Part shown: one piece after another, positions 12,430-23,799 of the stretch
Numbering within the stretch: the stretch's first letter is position 1
Layout of the letters: every line of letters begins with the position of its first letter
DNA from: Amphiscolops sp. MND2022
Taxonomy: Eukaryota
Length of the DNA: 64,000 nucleotides
Direction of reading: 5' to 3'
Assembly: GCA_964187785.1 (NCBI GenBank)
Contig: OZ076411.1
Coordinates: forward strand, 12,214,001-12,278,000
Position numbers and translations under genes: made by a program
The notes under the pieces: generated by a model
Database searches by the model: none
What the model was told of the DNA's origin: nothing
The model's input: the letters and a program-made list of their open reading frames with translations, nothing else

Positions 12430-15400
12430 ATGGGGTTAGGCAAGTTTGAGCTCCTGATAGTTGTAGATCTTTGATCCGGGGTCTTTGTTTGGATGAGTGT
12501 AAACTGTCATGTGGTGTGTGTCGCACAGTGAATCGTTCACATTTCATATCATTTGTCCCATGTATTCCAGCCACGCTCAGGTCAATTTCTTCCCCGTGAG
12601 CATTTAACTTGTCAGCTAATTTCTTGTCTATGAACGATAGGCTCGCTCCAGAGTCACACAACGCCAAGGTTGATTCTTGCTTTTTTCCAATTTGGATGAT
12701 GACCGGTATAACTGGCAGAATCCCACTGCTCTTCAGTGAGCAAAATGCAGAGTTCGCCTCTGCTTTCTGTTGTGGGTCTTCTACTCCACTTTCTTTCGGC
12801 CGTTCGTTTGCCTCGCGGTGTAGCAATCGATGGTGCCGCCTGTTACAACCTTTGACTCCACACGCTTTGTATCTGCAGTCTTTCACTACATGTTTCCCAG
12901 CCAAACAACAAACGCAGAGTTTCAACTCCTTGACTTTCTCATATCGTGCTTGACAAGTCATCTTCAGAAACTTCTCGCATTTCCACAAAGGATGTTTACC
13001 ATCTTTCAATGGACAATCTTGACCAGTCTTCTTGTCGGAATTGTCGTCAGCGAAAGTTGAGAAAGTAGAGTTCTTTGGTTTGTCTTTACTTGTCCATTTC
13101 GATTTGTCGGCGTTGGGATTGCCTGTCATGAGAACATCTTCCTGCACCGCTGCTACCTCTTGCAACCATAAGCTGAACGCTTCCAGCCCCATGTAGTATT
13201 TACCATTTTGTCTCGCGTTCGCCAACCATTTCGTTTTCATGTTCATCGGCAATTTTCTGGTCGCACTACTCAGGACGCCTTCTGACTGCAAGTCGCCAAC
13301 ATAATTCATTTGCGTCAGAATTTGTACACAACTTTGAAACTATTCTCGAGTATTTTACCAATGCTACGGATTCGTACGCTTTCACTGGCGGAAAGGTGTA
13401 TATTCGTCTCAATTGTGCGTTAACTACCACTTGTGGTCTTCCAAAGTGCGCGACCAAGGTATTCCAAGCAATATCATACATGTCTCCAGTGTAGCTTAGT
13501 CCAGCTATCACTTCTTTCGCTTTCCCAGTGACCAGCGTTTTGAGATGATTCACCTTCAAGCTGGCGTCGATGTTTGCAGCGTGCACGGTCGAGAGGAACA
13601 ACCCTGACCACTCAGGTTATTCCAATGGGTCGCCTGAGAATTCTGCCAGCTTCAGCTTCGGCAAACTTGCTGGTAGGCTCACTGCTTCATTTCTTGTTGT
13701 CGCGAAGTGACTCTGTATGGGGCAGAGTATTTAGCTGAGGGTGCCACTGGTGGTGGCAATGTGCCACTTCTCGTTTGGTTACTTAACATTTGTTGGTTTG
13801 GAGGTTCGAAGTTCCCAAACTGCACATGCTGTTGAAATGTCTTATTCATTTGCATCTTCGCTGATGCAGCGTTCGGCGCGAATTGACTGGCCGACGTGCC
13901 ATCCTTTACCATGGTCGGCTGCGCTGTTTTAGCAGCCAGGTGGGACATTTGCGTTGTGTGTGGCAAAGGGTCAGGTTGTGGTTTGATAGATTCGCTGGCC
14001 AGTGCGAGTCTGGATACCTCTTCTCCAAACTTCGCTGTTTTTTCGTCACATCCATTTTCATCAAGCCAAGAACGTACCTTTTCGAACGGATCGCTGTGGA
14101 TGGGTATTGGCGAGATGCTTCGCAAACTTGTGCTTGCTCTGCTTCCCTCCGCCCGAGCGATTTCCATTTCCTTCTCTGCGATTCGTTTAGCCCTTGCCTT
14201 CACCTCTTGGAGTTTAGCTATTCCGAGTTCTTCTGTGAGTTTATCCATTTCCTTGTGTTTCTTTCGGATTTCTGCTTGACGTTTCTTTGCAGCTAGTTGT
14301 TCATCGATTTCGTCTTGTTTCTTCATTGCCTCCAGTTCTAGGAGCATCACTTGCTTTGTAGTAGTTGACTTTGAACTAACCGATGTTCTGTTGCCCCTCG
14401 AACGTGTCTTGCTTGCACATTGATATCTTTCCCCGGGTAACGAATTCACCTCATTAACACAACGATTCACAAACGAATTGGGTCCAACGGTACCTTGTGT
14501 CTCTTCTTCATTCGCGTTCTTCTGAGGAGAAGTGTCGCGGGACTTTAGTTGTTGCTCTTGCCAATTCACCCTGGCACGGGCCATTATTCCCTCCATACGT
14601 TGCAACTCACTGTAAATTGAAGTATCTCCACTGTGTTTCAACAACTCATCCATCTCGGCAACAATTTCATCTCTCCTTTTGAGGGTTTCTTCGTTATCTA
14701 CTTTGATAGAGTCTTGATAGAGTTTCTTCAACTCTGGTTTCTTTTCAAGTCTATACTCCAACGATTTCGTTTGGCTTAATGCAGAAGAGTAATTGTTTGG
14801 CAAGAAGGGGTCATTTCTTTTCCAGAGAAGACCAACTTCATATCTTTCACCATCAAACTTTGTGGTTTGTTCCAGCATCTGCAACGCCTTCTTAGCTTCC
14901 TTGGACCTTCCAGACACATCGCAGCGAGACGCATAGGATTCTATGTCCCACCACGTTTTTATCTGTTCTGCCAGTGCATCAACTTCAGAGGCTGTTACGC
15001 AAGATGCAGTCATCTGCACAGCCTTTTGCTGTGGAAGTGGTCCACAGAGAGTCCATCCAAGTTTCGTTTTCACTGCCCAAGACTCACCATTCGTGCAGTT
15101 TTTATATTCTACAGGCCGATGTATATGGTAGCAGTTTTGTCCCAATATCATTTTTACATCTTTGAGTTTCAATGTTTCTTCGCTTAGAACCGACAAATGG
15201 GGTTAGGCAAGTTTGAGCTCCTGATAGTTGTAGATCTTTGATCCGGCGTCTTTGTTTGGATGAGTGTAAACTGTCATGTGGTGTGTGTCGCACAGTGAAT
15301 CGTTCACATTTCACATCATTTGTCCCATGTATTCCAGCCACGCTCAGGTCAATTTCTTCCCCGTGAGCATTTAACTTGTCAGCTAATTTCTTGTCTATGA

Positions 15401-17460
15401 ACGATAAGCTCGCTCCAGAGTCACACAACGCCAAGGTTGATTCTTGCTTTTTTCCAATTTGGATGATGACCGGTATAACTGGCAGAATCCCACTGCTCTT
15501 CAGTGAGCAAAATGCAGAGTTCGCCTCCGCTTTCTGTTATGGGTCTTCTACTCCACTTTCGTTCGGCCGTTCGTTTGCCTCGCGGTGTAGCAATCGATGG
15601 TGCCGCCTGTTACAACCTTTGACTCCACACGCTTTGTATCTGCAGTCTTTCACTACATGTTTCCCAGCCAAACAACAAACGCAGAGTTTCAACTCCTTGA
15701 CTTTCTCATATCGTGCCTGACAAGTCATCTTCAGAAACTTCTCGCATTTCCACAAAGGATGTTTACCATCTTTCAATGGACAATCTTGACCAGTCTTCTT
15801 GTCGGAATTGTCGTCAGCGAAAGTTGAGAAAGTAGAGTTCTTTGGTTTGTCTTTACTTGTCCATTTCGATTTGTCGGCGTTGGGATTGCCTGTCATGAGA
15901 ACATCTTCCTGCACCGCTGCTACCTCTTGCAACCATAAGCTGAACGCTTCCTGCCCCATGTATTAATTAGCATTTTGTCTCGCGTTCGCCAACCATTTCG
16001 TCTTCATGTTCATCGGCAATTTTCTGGTCGCACTACTCAGGACGCCTTCTGACTGCAAGTCGCCAACATAATTCATCTGCGTCAGAACTTGTACACATGT
16101 TTGAAACTATTCTCGAGTATTTGCCCAATGCTACGGAGTCGTACGCTTTCACTGGCGGAAAGGTGTATATTCGTCTCAATTGTGCGTTAACTACCACTTG
16201 TTGTCTTCCAAAGTGCGCGACCAAGGTATTCCAAGCAATATCATACAGGTCTCCAGTGTAGCTTAGTCCAGCTAACACTTCTTTCGCTTTCCCAGTGACC
16301 AGCGTTTTGAGATGATTCACCTTCAAGCTGGCGTTGATGTTTGCAGCGTGCATGGTCGAGAGGAACAACCCTGACCACTCAGGTTATTCCAATGGGTCGC
16401 CTGAGAATTCTGCCAGCTTCAGCTTCGGCAAACTGGCTGGTAAGCTCACTGCTTCATTTCTTGTTGTCGCGAAGTGACTCTGTATGGGGCAGAGTATTTA
16501 GCTGAGGGTGCCACTGGTGGTGGCAATGTGCCACTTCTCGTTTGGTTACTTAACATTGGTTGGTTTGGAGGTTCGATGTTCCCAAACTGCACATGCTGTT
16601 GAAATGTCTTATTCATTTGCATCTTCGCTGATGCAGCGTTCGGCGCGAATTGACTGGCCGACGTGCCATCCTTTACCATGGTCGGCTGCGCTGTTTTAGC
16701 AGCCAGGTGGGACATTTGCGTTGTGTGTGGCAAAGGGTCAGGTTGTGGTTTGATAGGTTCGCTGGCCAGTGCGAGTCTGGATACCTCTTCTCCAAACTTC
16801 GCTGTTTTTCGTCACATCCATTTTCATCAAGCCAAGAACGTACCTTTTCGAAGGTATCGCTGTGGATGGGTATTGGCGAGATGCTTCGCAAACTTGTGCT
16901 TGCTCTGCTTCCCTCCGCCCGAGCAACTTCCATTTCCTTCTCTGCGATTCGTTTAGCCCTTGCCTTCACCTCTTGGAGTTTAGCTATTCCGAGTTCTTCT
17001 GTGAGTTTATCCATTTCCTTGTGTTTCTTTCGGATTTCTGCTTGACGTTTCTTTGCAGCTAGTTGTTCATCGATTTCGTCTTGTTTCTTCATTGCTTCCA
17101 GTTCTAGGAGCATCACTCGCTTTGTTGTAGTTGACTTTGAACTAACCGATGTTCTGTTGCCCCTCGAACGTGTCTTGCTTGCACATTGATATCTTTCCCG
17201 GGTAACGAATTCACCTCATTAACACAACGATTCACAAACGAATTGGGTCCAACGGTACCTTGTGTCTCTTCTTCATTCGCGTTCTTCTGAGGAGAAGTGT
17301 CGCGGGACTTTAGTTGTTGCTCTTGCCAATTCACCTTGGCACGGGCCATTATTCCCTCCATACGATGCAACTCACTGTAAATTGAAGTATCTCCACTGTA
17401 TTTCAACAACTCATCCATCTCGGCAACAATTTCATCTCTCCTTTTGAGGGTTTCCTCGTT
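11929..17460. repeat. Tandem duplication of about 2767 bp (11929-14695 and 14696-17460) covering gag core, zinc knuckles and protease
   Basis: Paired near-identical ORFs offset by 2767/2765 nt (e.g. 12100 vs 14867, 13741 vs 16508); junction TCGTT|ATCTACTTTG at 14695/14696. Confidence 0.95.
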
Positions 17461-17979
17461 TGTTTCTACCGATGCTTTGTAATCCTCTGAGTTGCAAAGA
17501 GTATCCCGATTTTTATTGATTTCATCTTCGTTTTTCTGAAGCATTTCATCACATTTCTCTATGGAGTTTTGAAGTTGTAGGAACTCCTTCAACTGTCCTT
17601 CATTCTTTAGGCTCCTCATCATTGTGAGCATCTGACCAATGTTTTTATGTCGTGTTTCCAAGGAGTCTAATTCATTCCGATATCTGCAGAAACGGTCACC
17701 TTTGCTATCCGACCATTTTGGCTGTTACTTGGCTTTCAAGAGCGCTGTGTTCGCCGCGACGAGTCTCTTCCATCTGAGCAGTAGGTCTTGTCGGTTCGGT
17801 TGAAGGTCTGCGAGTTTCTCCTTCGTCGTGTCTGCTTTGCGTAGCTCAGCTTGTATTTCATCCGTTTTTGTCTCGAAGTTTTGAATTGCTCTCATGTTGC
17901 TCTCCCATTGTGGCTTGTCGATCGAACTCTTCAAGTAGTTGTCAATTCTTTTGTAAGCAATGCTCTTAGGTTCAGCCAT
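15102..17979 (-). pseudogene. BEL/Pao gag (coiled-coil, DUF1759-like core, Cys/His knuckles) and aspartic protease, fragmented
   Basis: ORFs 17725-17979, 17113-17661, 16673-17116, 16033-16368 (KVNHLKTLVTGKAKE), 15537-15959 (CPLKDGKHPLWKC, CVCCLAGKHVVKDC), 15102-15434 (LCDSGASLSFI). Confidence 0.88.
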
Positions 17980-18326
17980 TTTGAACTAGCCCAAAACCCC
18001 AGAGTACACTTACTAACCACAGGAGTCCAAATTCTGCTGTGAATGCAATTCCCAACAACCCAATGAAGTAGCCCAAAACCCCAGAGTACACCTTATACCC
18101 AAGAGCTCCAGTAATACCACTTCGAATACAATCTACCAGAGCCTGCAGAAGTAGCCCAAGCCCCAGAGTACACAATACTAAGAGGAGAGCCCAGATGAGA
18201 CCACTTTTCAGCGCACACAGATTTGTAGGGTTCAACCACAGTGGTTCAACAGCTGTCGTTCACTGTACACGTTCACTTGTTCGCACAGTGCTTCTCTGGC
18301 TGTTTAGCAATCAGATGATCATCCAG

Positions 18327-18388
18327 TTGTCCGCCCAAGTGATGTTGTCCGCCCAATTGATGATGTCCGCCCAAATGATGATGTCCGG
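18327..18388. repeat. 18-bp tandem repeat (about 3.3 copies) adjoining the PBS
   Basis: TTGTCCGCCCAAGTGATG / TTGTCCGCCCAATTGATG / ATGTCCGCCCAAATGATG. Confidence 0.9.
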
Positions 18389-18400
18389 GTCGGAGGACCA
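18383..18400 (-). promoter_or_regulatory. Primer-binding site
   Basis: Minus strand TGGTCCTCCGACCCGGAC two nt after the 5' LTR; resembles the TGGTCCTTCGAGCCGGAT PBS common in BEL/Pao elements. Confidence 0.8.
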
Positions 18401-18402
18401 AA

Positions 18403-19252
18403 TGTAACGGCTGCTTGATCCCTACACTTGACCAAACTTTTCGCCGCCCTGAATTCGGTGCTCGGCACTGCGGATCGTTACCGAACACTGCTTACTTTTT
18501 GGATTAAAAGGACTGTATCTTGACTTAGTAGGATCCAATGATCCCGAATTGCACTTCTTCCTTGTCTCTTAACACGTCCAACTCTCCACAAGTTGAGAGT
18601 AACTAACTTAGTCGCCCTAAGTCTTTGGCAAAAAGTCAAAAAGAGGTGAAGAAATGAATTGAGAATTGAAATGGTCCTAAGACCCAACTTGAATACAGCT
18701 TTCCAATCAATTTGTGCCTATCTAGATATGGTATACATATCGTTTACAATTCTTCGATAAGTATGAGTTGAAATATGAAGTGTAAATAAATGACTTTTAG
18801 GTGAAATATTAAAGTTATTGGCTATGTAAACAAACCAATGTGTGGGTATAGGATGTTGGTTAGGTGGGATCTATAGCATGTTTACACAATGTAAATATCA
18901 TGAATTTCAACAGAGTTACATTCTAATGTGGTCATATAGGTAAAGAACAAAGTTTGCATTTTTGGTTCAATGACCTTGAACACCACACATGTGAGGGGTA
19001 AAGGGGGTTATAGAGGATGAATGACCTTGAAACTTCGCCGGTGTGTTTGTGTTAGGTACATGCGTATGTGTGCCAAGTTTCATGTCTCTAGGGTTAGTAG
19101 TTGTCGAGAAAATCCATTTGGGGGGTTTCCATTTTTGTCACACTTGATTTTTCTTCAATATTTCTTCTAAGTTACTAGGAGTTTAAGTTCTTGCTTCTCA
19201 ACCAACATATTCCAAATCAACTTTCTTTGCCTGCGGATGACTGGCGCCAACA
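18403..19252 (-). repeat. 5' LTR of the BEL/Pao element (850 bp)
   Basis: Colinear with 8074-8907 with scattered substitutions and a 16-bp extra segment; followed by TSD GCGAT. Confidence 0.95.
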
Positions 19253-19257
19253 GCGAT

Positions 19258-19740
19258 AAAGAAAAGGGATCAATTGTATCAGATTCGCATAGCATCGTTT
19301 TCAAGCATCGAAAACAGGGAGAGATACCCGAACATCGGGATTTATGATCTAAGAATCATAAAGAGAAGAAAAACTTCGTCAATAGGGGAAAAAACTTTAC
19401 AACTAAAGCCATATAAAAAACACTTGGGACTAAGATTAAACAACAAAAAACACGTACATCATTATCTGATACTCCAGAAACTTTGAGCAAGTATATTTAT
19501 ATATCGGTTCAATGTTGTCCTCAAAACTGCCTGAGGTTACCAATACTTACTGAATGCGTTTCAAGTTACATCAATTCTGAAAAAAGTGAAGAACAGTTGT
19601 GGAGAGGATGGTATTAGTATCAGGATTGTGAAGTGCCGTTCTCCAACTGTTTGCTGATGATACTACAATTTTGAACGCAGGCGATAAAACATGTCCTCTG
19701 ATTACAACAAACTTCAAAAAAAGTGACATTCCGGGCAAAC
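19258..19740 (+). pseudogene. Continuation of the decayed LINE ORF2, with a large internal deletion
   Basis: IKKRDQLYQ...; KNSCGEDGISIRIVKCRSP joined almost directly to LFADDTTILNAG (RT YADD region). Confidence 0.6.
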
Positions 19741-19782
19741 TCAATAAAACTGATTATTAAGGTTGTGGTACCCAAACAGGCC

Positions 19783-20419
19783 TAATGTTGGGAAATCCCG
19801 CTCATTTTGGCCATCCTGGGATCCCGGGATTTTATGAAAACCGGTTTTTAAGTCAAACAATGTGAATTTTTGATTTGCTGGGAAAACAAACACAGTGTCA
19901 CTGATATGGTAGTCACTTAGCTTTAGCGTTGAAATATACACTCGGCTCCTGCAATGCAGAGAGCACCGGGACTCCCATGCGCGATCTCAGCTTTGTGGCG
20001 AAGAAGCCCGCTGCCGAAAAGCATCGCGCAACTTCCACTGATCCCGGCAGGGTGATATTGGTAATAAAGAAGTTTACCTCTCGTTTAATTTCGCCCACAG
20101 ACGTAATTTCCACTAGGAGACGTGGAACGGGTCGACTTGTCGGCTTCCCGGTCATGTGGAGATGCGACTTTAACCCTTTTTTGCTACCTCCAAGTGTTTT
20201 AACCTGCTTCGCACACTGTGAACACTTTGCGGTCTCCCTGTCCAGCCGCTCGTAATGCGCCCAGTATTGAGATACATTCATATCTCAAATAGACCCAGGT
20301 TGTTTCAAATTTTACAAGTTGTCAGCAATCCCGGGATCCCGCGGTGTAAATCCCGGGTTCTCGGCATCTAAAAATTGCTCGGGATCCCGGGAGTTCAGGA
20401 TCCCGGGATCCGAACAATA
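19783..20419 (-). mobile_element. Internally deleted hAT transposon (637 bp)
   Basis: 8-bp TSD AACAGGCC (19775-19782, 20420-20427); TIRs TAATGTTGGGA/TATTGTTCGGA; subterminal GGGATCCCGGG repeats; ORF 19913-20281 has a BED finger (WAHY...AKCSQCAKQV...LKSHL) and a dimerization-domain relic (SVEVARCFSAAGFFATKLRSRM). Confidence 0.9.
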
Positions 20420-20984
20420 AACAGGCCTACACAAAACATAAATGTTTAGTGTGTACTTGAAGTACATTCCTTCTGAAATGGGGAAATGGGATGACAATCA
20501 AAAAATGTCAAAGTAATTTTTCATTAAACTTCTATGCGTTTTCATAGTGAAATGACCACTCTTGAGTCCGAAAATATGTCATTGCTAGAACTTTGGACGG
20601 AAAATACCCTGCTGGTCAGCGGGCGTCTCATAGTCGACAATAATGTAGTTGGATTTTCTTCCCGATGAAAAAGTCAAACTATTTCTGCATGTTGCGATAT
20701 GCGATGCCACAGACAAGTTGGCGCAGTGGTTATGGCTCCAGGCTCAATTTGAGCCTTAGACAATTCGCTGACTTATGAAGTTCCCGGCCTATTATGCTGC
20801 CAATCTCAAGGGAAAAATTTAGTTCGACTATTAATTTTTAATCGGCGCTTCGTGAAGTGAAACGCGATTGTATTTGACTTGTTTCCATTTTTCAATACAC
20901 ACGAACTCGCCAAAAGAGTTCCACGAAATTCCAGGGAACCGAACTAGAATTGTTGTTTTTTTAGCGTAACACAAAACCAGACGA

Positions 20985-21254
20985 CACTAAAGGGCCCCCT
21001 TTCATTTTTTTTGGGACTGAGACTTTTTCAAAAAAGTTTCAAAGTCTCTATAGGGTCCTCTTTAAATTTTGAATTTTTACAACAGAATGGATGTTAAAAA
21101 CTCCAAAAGCTATTTAGATTCCCCTTTTGGGTTTTTGGAGTAGAAAAGAATAGAAAGAGAATAGACTGTAGAAGAGAATACATGACACTTTGAAGTCCTT
21201 GTGCTATTTCTGAGCTCAAGTTCGGCGCCGACTTATGCCGTTCCCGGCTTGTTT
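20985..21254 (+). mobile_element. HINE-like element fragment
   Basis: Ends GGCGCCGACTTATGCCGTTCCCGGCTTGTTT; internal GGGCCCCCTTTCATTTTTTT repeats. Confidence 0.7.
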
Positions 21255-21649
21255 AAAAACACTGGTTATCAACTGTTCGAATTTCACAGAGAAGAGCATT
21301 AATTTTCGAACTTTCCAAGGAGCAGCCAAGCCAAGGTTTAAACTATAGTTTTTGGCATCGCGGGCGAAAGAGCTCTTTTCTCAAGAAATCAGATGTTTGA
21401 CATGAAGTATCTTTCAAGATGAAATGATAAGTTTTCAGTTTTCGTGAATGCAGAAGTTAAGAAGTTTCCATTATTTTTCCCATCCATATAAGAGATAAAA
21501 AATTGGATTTTTCAATATTTTCCACTCATATAAATGGGGGAGGGAAATCATGATCTGTTGCGTTTTTTTTCCAAATTCTGCCAAATCTCCTCCCTGTTTC
21601 TTCGACTTCACCTATAGTTACTTGACTTCTAGTTACTCAGTAAAATCCA

Positions 21650-21705
21650 GTCACCGTGGCGCAGTTGGTAGTGCGTCTACCTGGCAGACACGAGGTCGTG
21701 GGTTT
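21650..21705 (+). mobile_element. tRNA-derived SINE head (truncated)
   Basis: GTCACCGTGGCGCAGTTGGTAGTGCGTC... contains an A box; B box broken after GGGTT; no acceptor stem. Confidence 0.55.
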
Positions 21706-21724
21706 TTTCGGACCGTGTCGATTA

Positions 21725-22327
21725 CCGGAAAACTCAACACAAGAAAACTCAACACAATAAAACTTAACACATGAAAACACACAGAAAACTCAACACCAGA
21801 AAAATAAACACACGAAAACTAAACACACGAAAACTCAACACAGAAAACTCAACACATTTTAAGCATTTAATAATCGTGATGTATATTATACATTTATATT
21901 CCTTGTTCGTACGGCTCATAATTTATGCATTTTTTCTAAAATATTCGTGTTTGCGTTTACACTTTTTCTATCGTTGTTTCATGGTTTGGCCAATGTTAAC
22001 GTTTCAACGTGAAAAACAATTTAATATAGGAAAGAATCGCAATCATCACTAGGTGTAAAGGAAATTATACGTCTTTATGTCTTCGAAATGAGTCGCATTT
22101 ATAAGTTTTTAAAATGAGTCGCAATTCTGACTAAGTGTAAACGGAAATAATACGGATTTAACAATTAGTTGGATTTCGGAAAATAAACTTAATTGAGGTG
22201 TTAACTAAAATTAATTAAATGTGCTGATATGTGTTGAGTTTTGTGTTGACTTTTTTTGTGTTGAGTTTTGTTTTTTTTTACTTCGTGTTGAGTTTTCTCG
22301 TGTTGTTTTCATGTGTTGAGTTTTCCG
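21725..22327. mobile_element. Foldback-like MITE with subterminal tandem repeats
   Basis: Termini CGGAAAACTCAACAC / GTGTTGAGTTTTCCG with TA flanks; repeated AAAACTCAACAC units at left, inverted GTGTTGAGTTTT units at right. Confidence 0.8.
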
Positions 22328-23538
22328 TACCTAAAGCGGCCGCAGGGGGGAAATAAGACCAAGGTTCAAATACCATTATGTCGACATCGTTTGCGTTGAA
22401 ATTTTGGTCAATAAAGGCATTGATGTCGACATGATCCTATCCATTATATTGTCAGTTAAAAGTTGCTCATTAGTTTTATCACGGATAAAATTTGCGTTGA
22501 AATAGGGGCCTTTTTATTTTGAGGCAAGATTTTAGCTTGTTCAGAGTGTGAATTTCTGCTATTATGGACAATAATATCAAAAAATTAGGGTAAATTTTTT
22601 GCCTGAAGTGTCAAAACAGTTGCAGAGACAATCCTCTAATAGAATATGGGATAGAACACATGGTCCAAATTTTCTATTGAAGTTTGATAACTCTGTCTCT
22701 TGCAGCTAACTGCTGAACAAACAACTACACAACTCCGACTCAACCGTTAACATGCTAAATCACTCTTCAATGCTACTGAAACTGATCTGACTTCTTGATA
22801 GTAAGTCACCTACTGTTGAATCAGCTCTGTCGATAGAAAGCAAGATCAAAATACGTTTAATTTAAAAGTATTTGGCACATGCTCAGACAAAACAAACTTC
22901 ACAAAAATATAAATAGAAATGACGCGACGCAGCTTGAAGAACCAGAAATCGGTCTTTTCGACATGGCCAATTTTCAAACCCGAATAATGAAAAATCTGGG
23001 AATTCTTTGAGCTAGTATTGCAGTGTCATTTACTGATTAAATTAGAAACAAAGGCTCTTTTCTGCCCCCCCCCCTCCAACACCAAATTTTTTGAAAGTAA
23101 ATTTCCTTGAAAATTTCAGAATAGCCTAATTAAAAATAAAACCTTTCATAACAGGTTAACGTCTATTAGAAAAGTTCTTTGTTTGAACAAATCAGTTTTC
23201 ACCCATTTTGACTATGATAATGTTCGTATTCACTGTTTTTTGTGACTCAAAACAGGAAGCCGTTAATTGTCTGATCAAAAATGAGTGACTTCATAAGGAA
23301 AAATAGTGTGAACAAATTTTGTATCTCAATTCCATATTGTCACATTGGAAATGAATTAAAAATAAAGGATTCTGGTTTGTATTCAAGTCTTTTTTTTATA
23401 AAATTTCCACTAATTTTCTATAAAAAATGGTGGTGGGGCTGTCGGGCAACAGAAAAGAGCCGAAACAAAAATTGCCGAGTCAAGAAGTCCAACTCTTGGC
23501 GTGTGTAATTGACCCCCACCCCACTGGGGGGAATTGGT

Positions 23539-23753
23539 TCACTTCACTCTGAGGATGAGATGAACTCCAGAGTCAGTGGACACAATGCCACTCATCTGTC
23601 CCTCCTGGAGAGCGAAGGAGGCGTCTTCGAAGGCTTTCTGCATCTTGCCCCTGTCGAACATGCCCAAGTCGCCCCCGGAGCGGGCAGAGGAACAGTCGCT
23701 GTTGGACGCAGCCAGTTCCGAGAATTTGGCAATCAGTTCGCTTCCACTGAGGC
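23539..23753 (-). CDS. PIN1: Pin1-type parvulin PPIase, last exon
   Basis: After TTTTCAG acceptor: (G)[70 protein letters not shown], matching the Pin1 catalytic half (SDCSS, GDLG, QMQKPFEDA-like, TDSG.H). Confidence 0.95.
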
Positions 23754-23799
23754 CTGAAAAACAACACTCTCTATCTTATTAAGACGTCAAATGGATTTG

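Larger units (their letters stand above)
8074..19252 (-). mobile_element. BEL/Pao LTR retrotransposon, full-length but inactivated, with 2.77-kb internal tandem duplication
   Basis: Two LTRs with TG...CA termini, 5-bp TSD GCGAT (8069-8073 and 19253-19257), order gag-PR-RT-RH-IN, many frameshifts. Confidence 0.97.

Noticed and set aside
13679-15196. 505-aa ORF as a novel gene
   Set aside because: Fully explained by the duplication junction inside the BEL element.
8892-17447. Numerous plus-strand ORFs inside the BEL element
   Set aside because: Antisense to gag-pol and duplicated along with it.
23509-23782. Plus-strand ORFs of 82 and 68 aa
   Set aside because: Antisense shadows of the Pin1 last exon.
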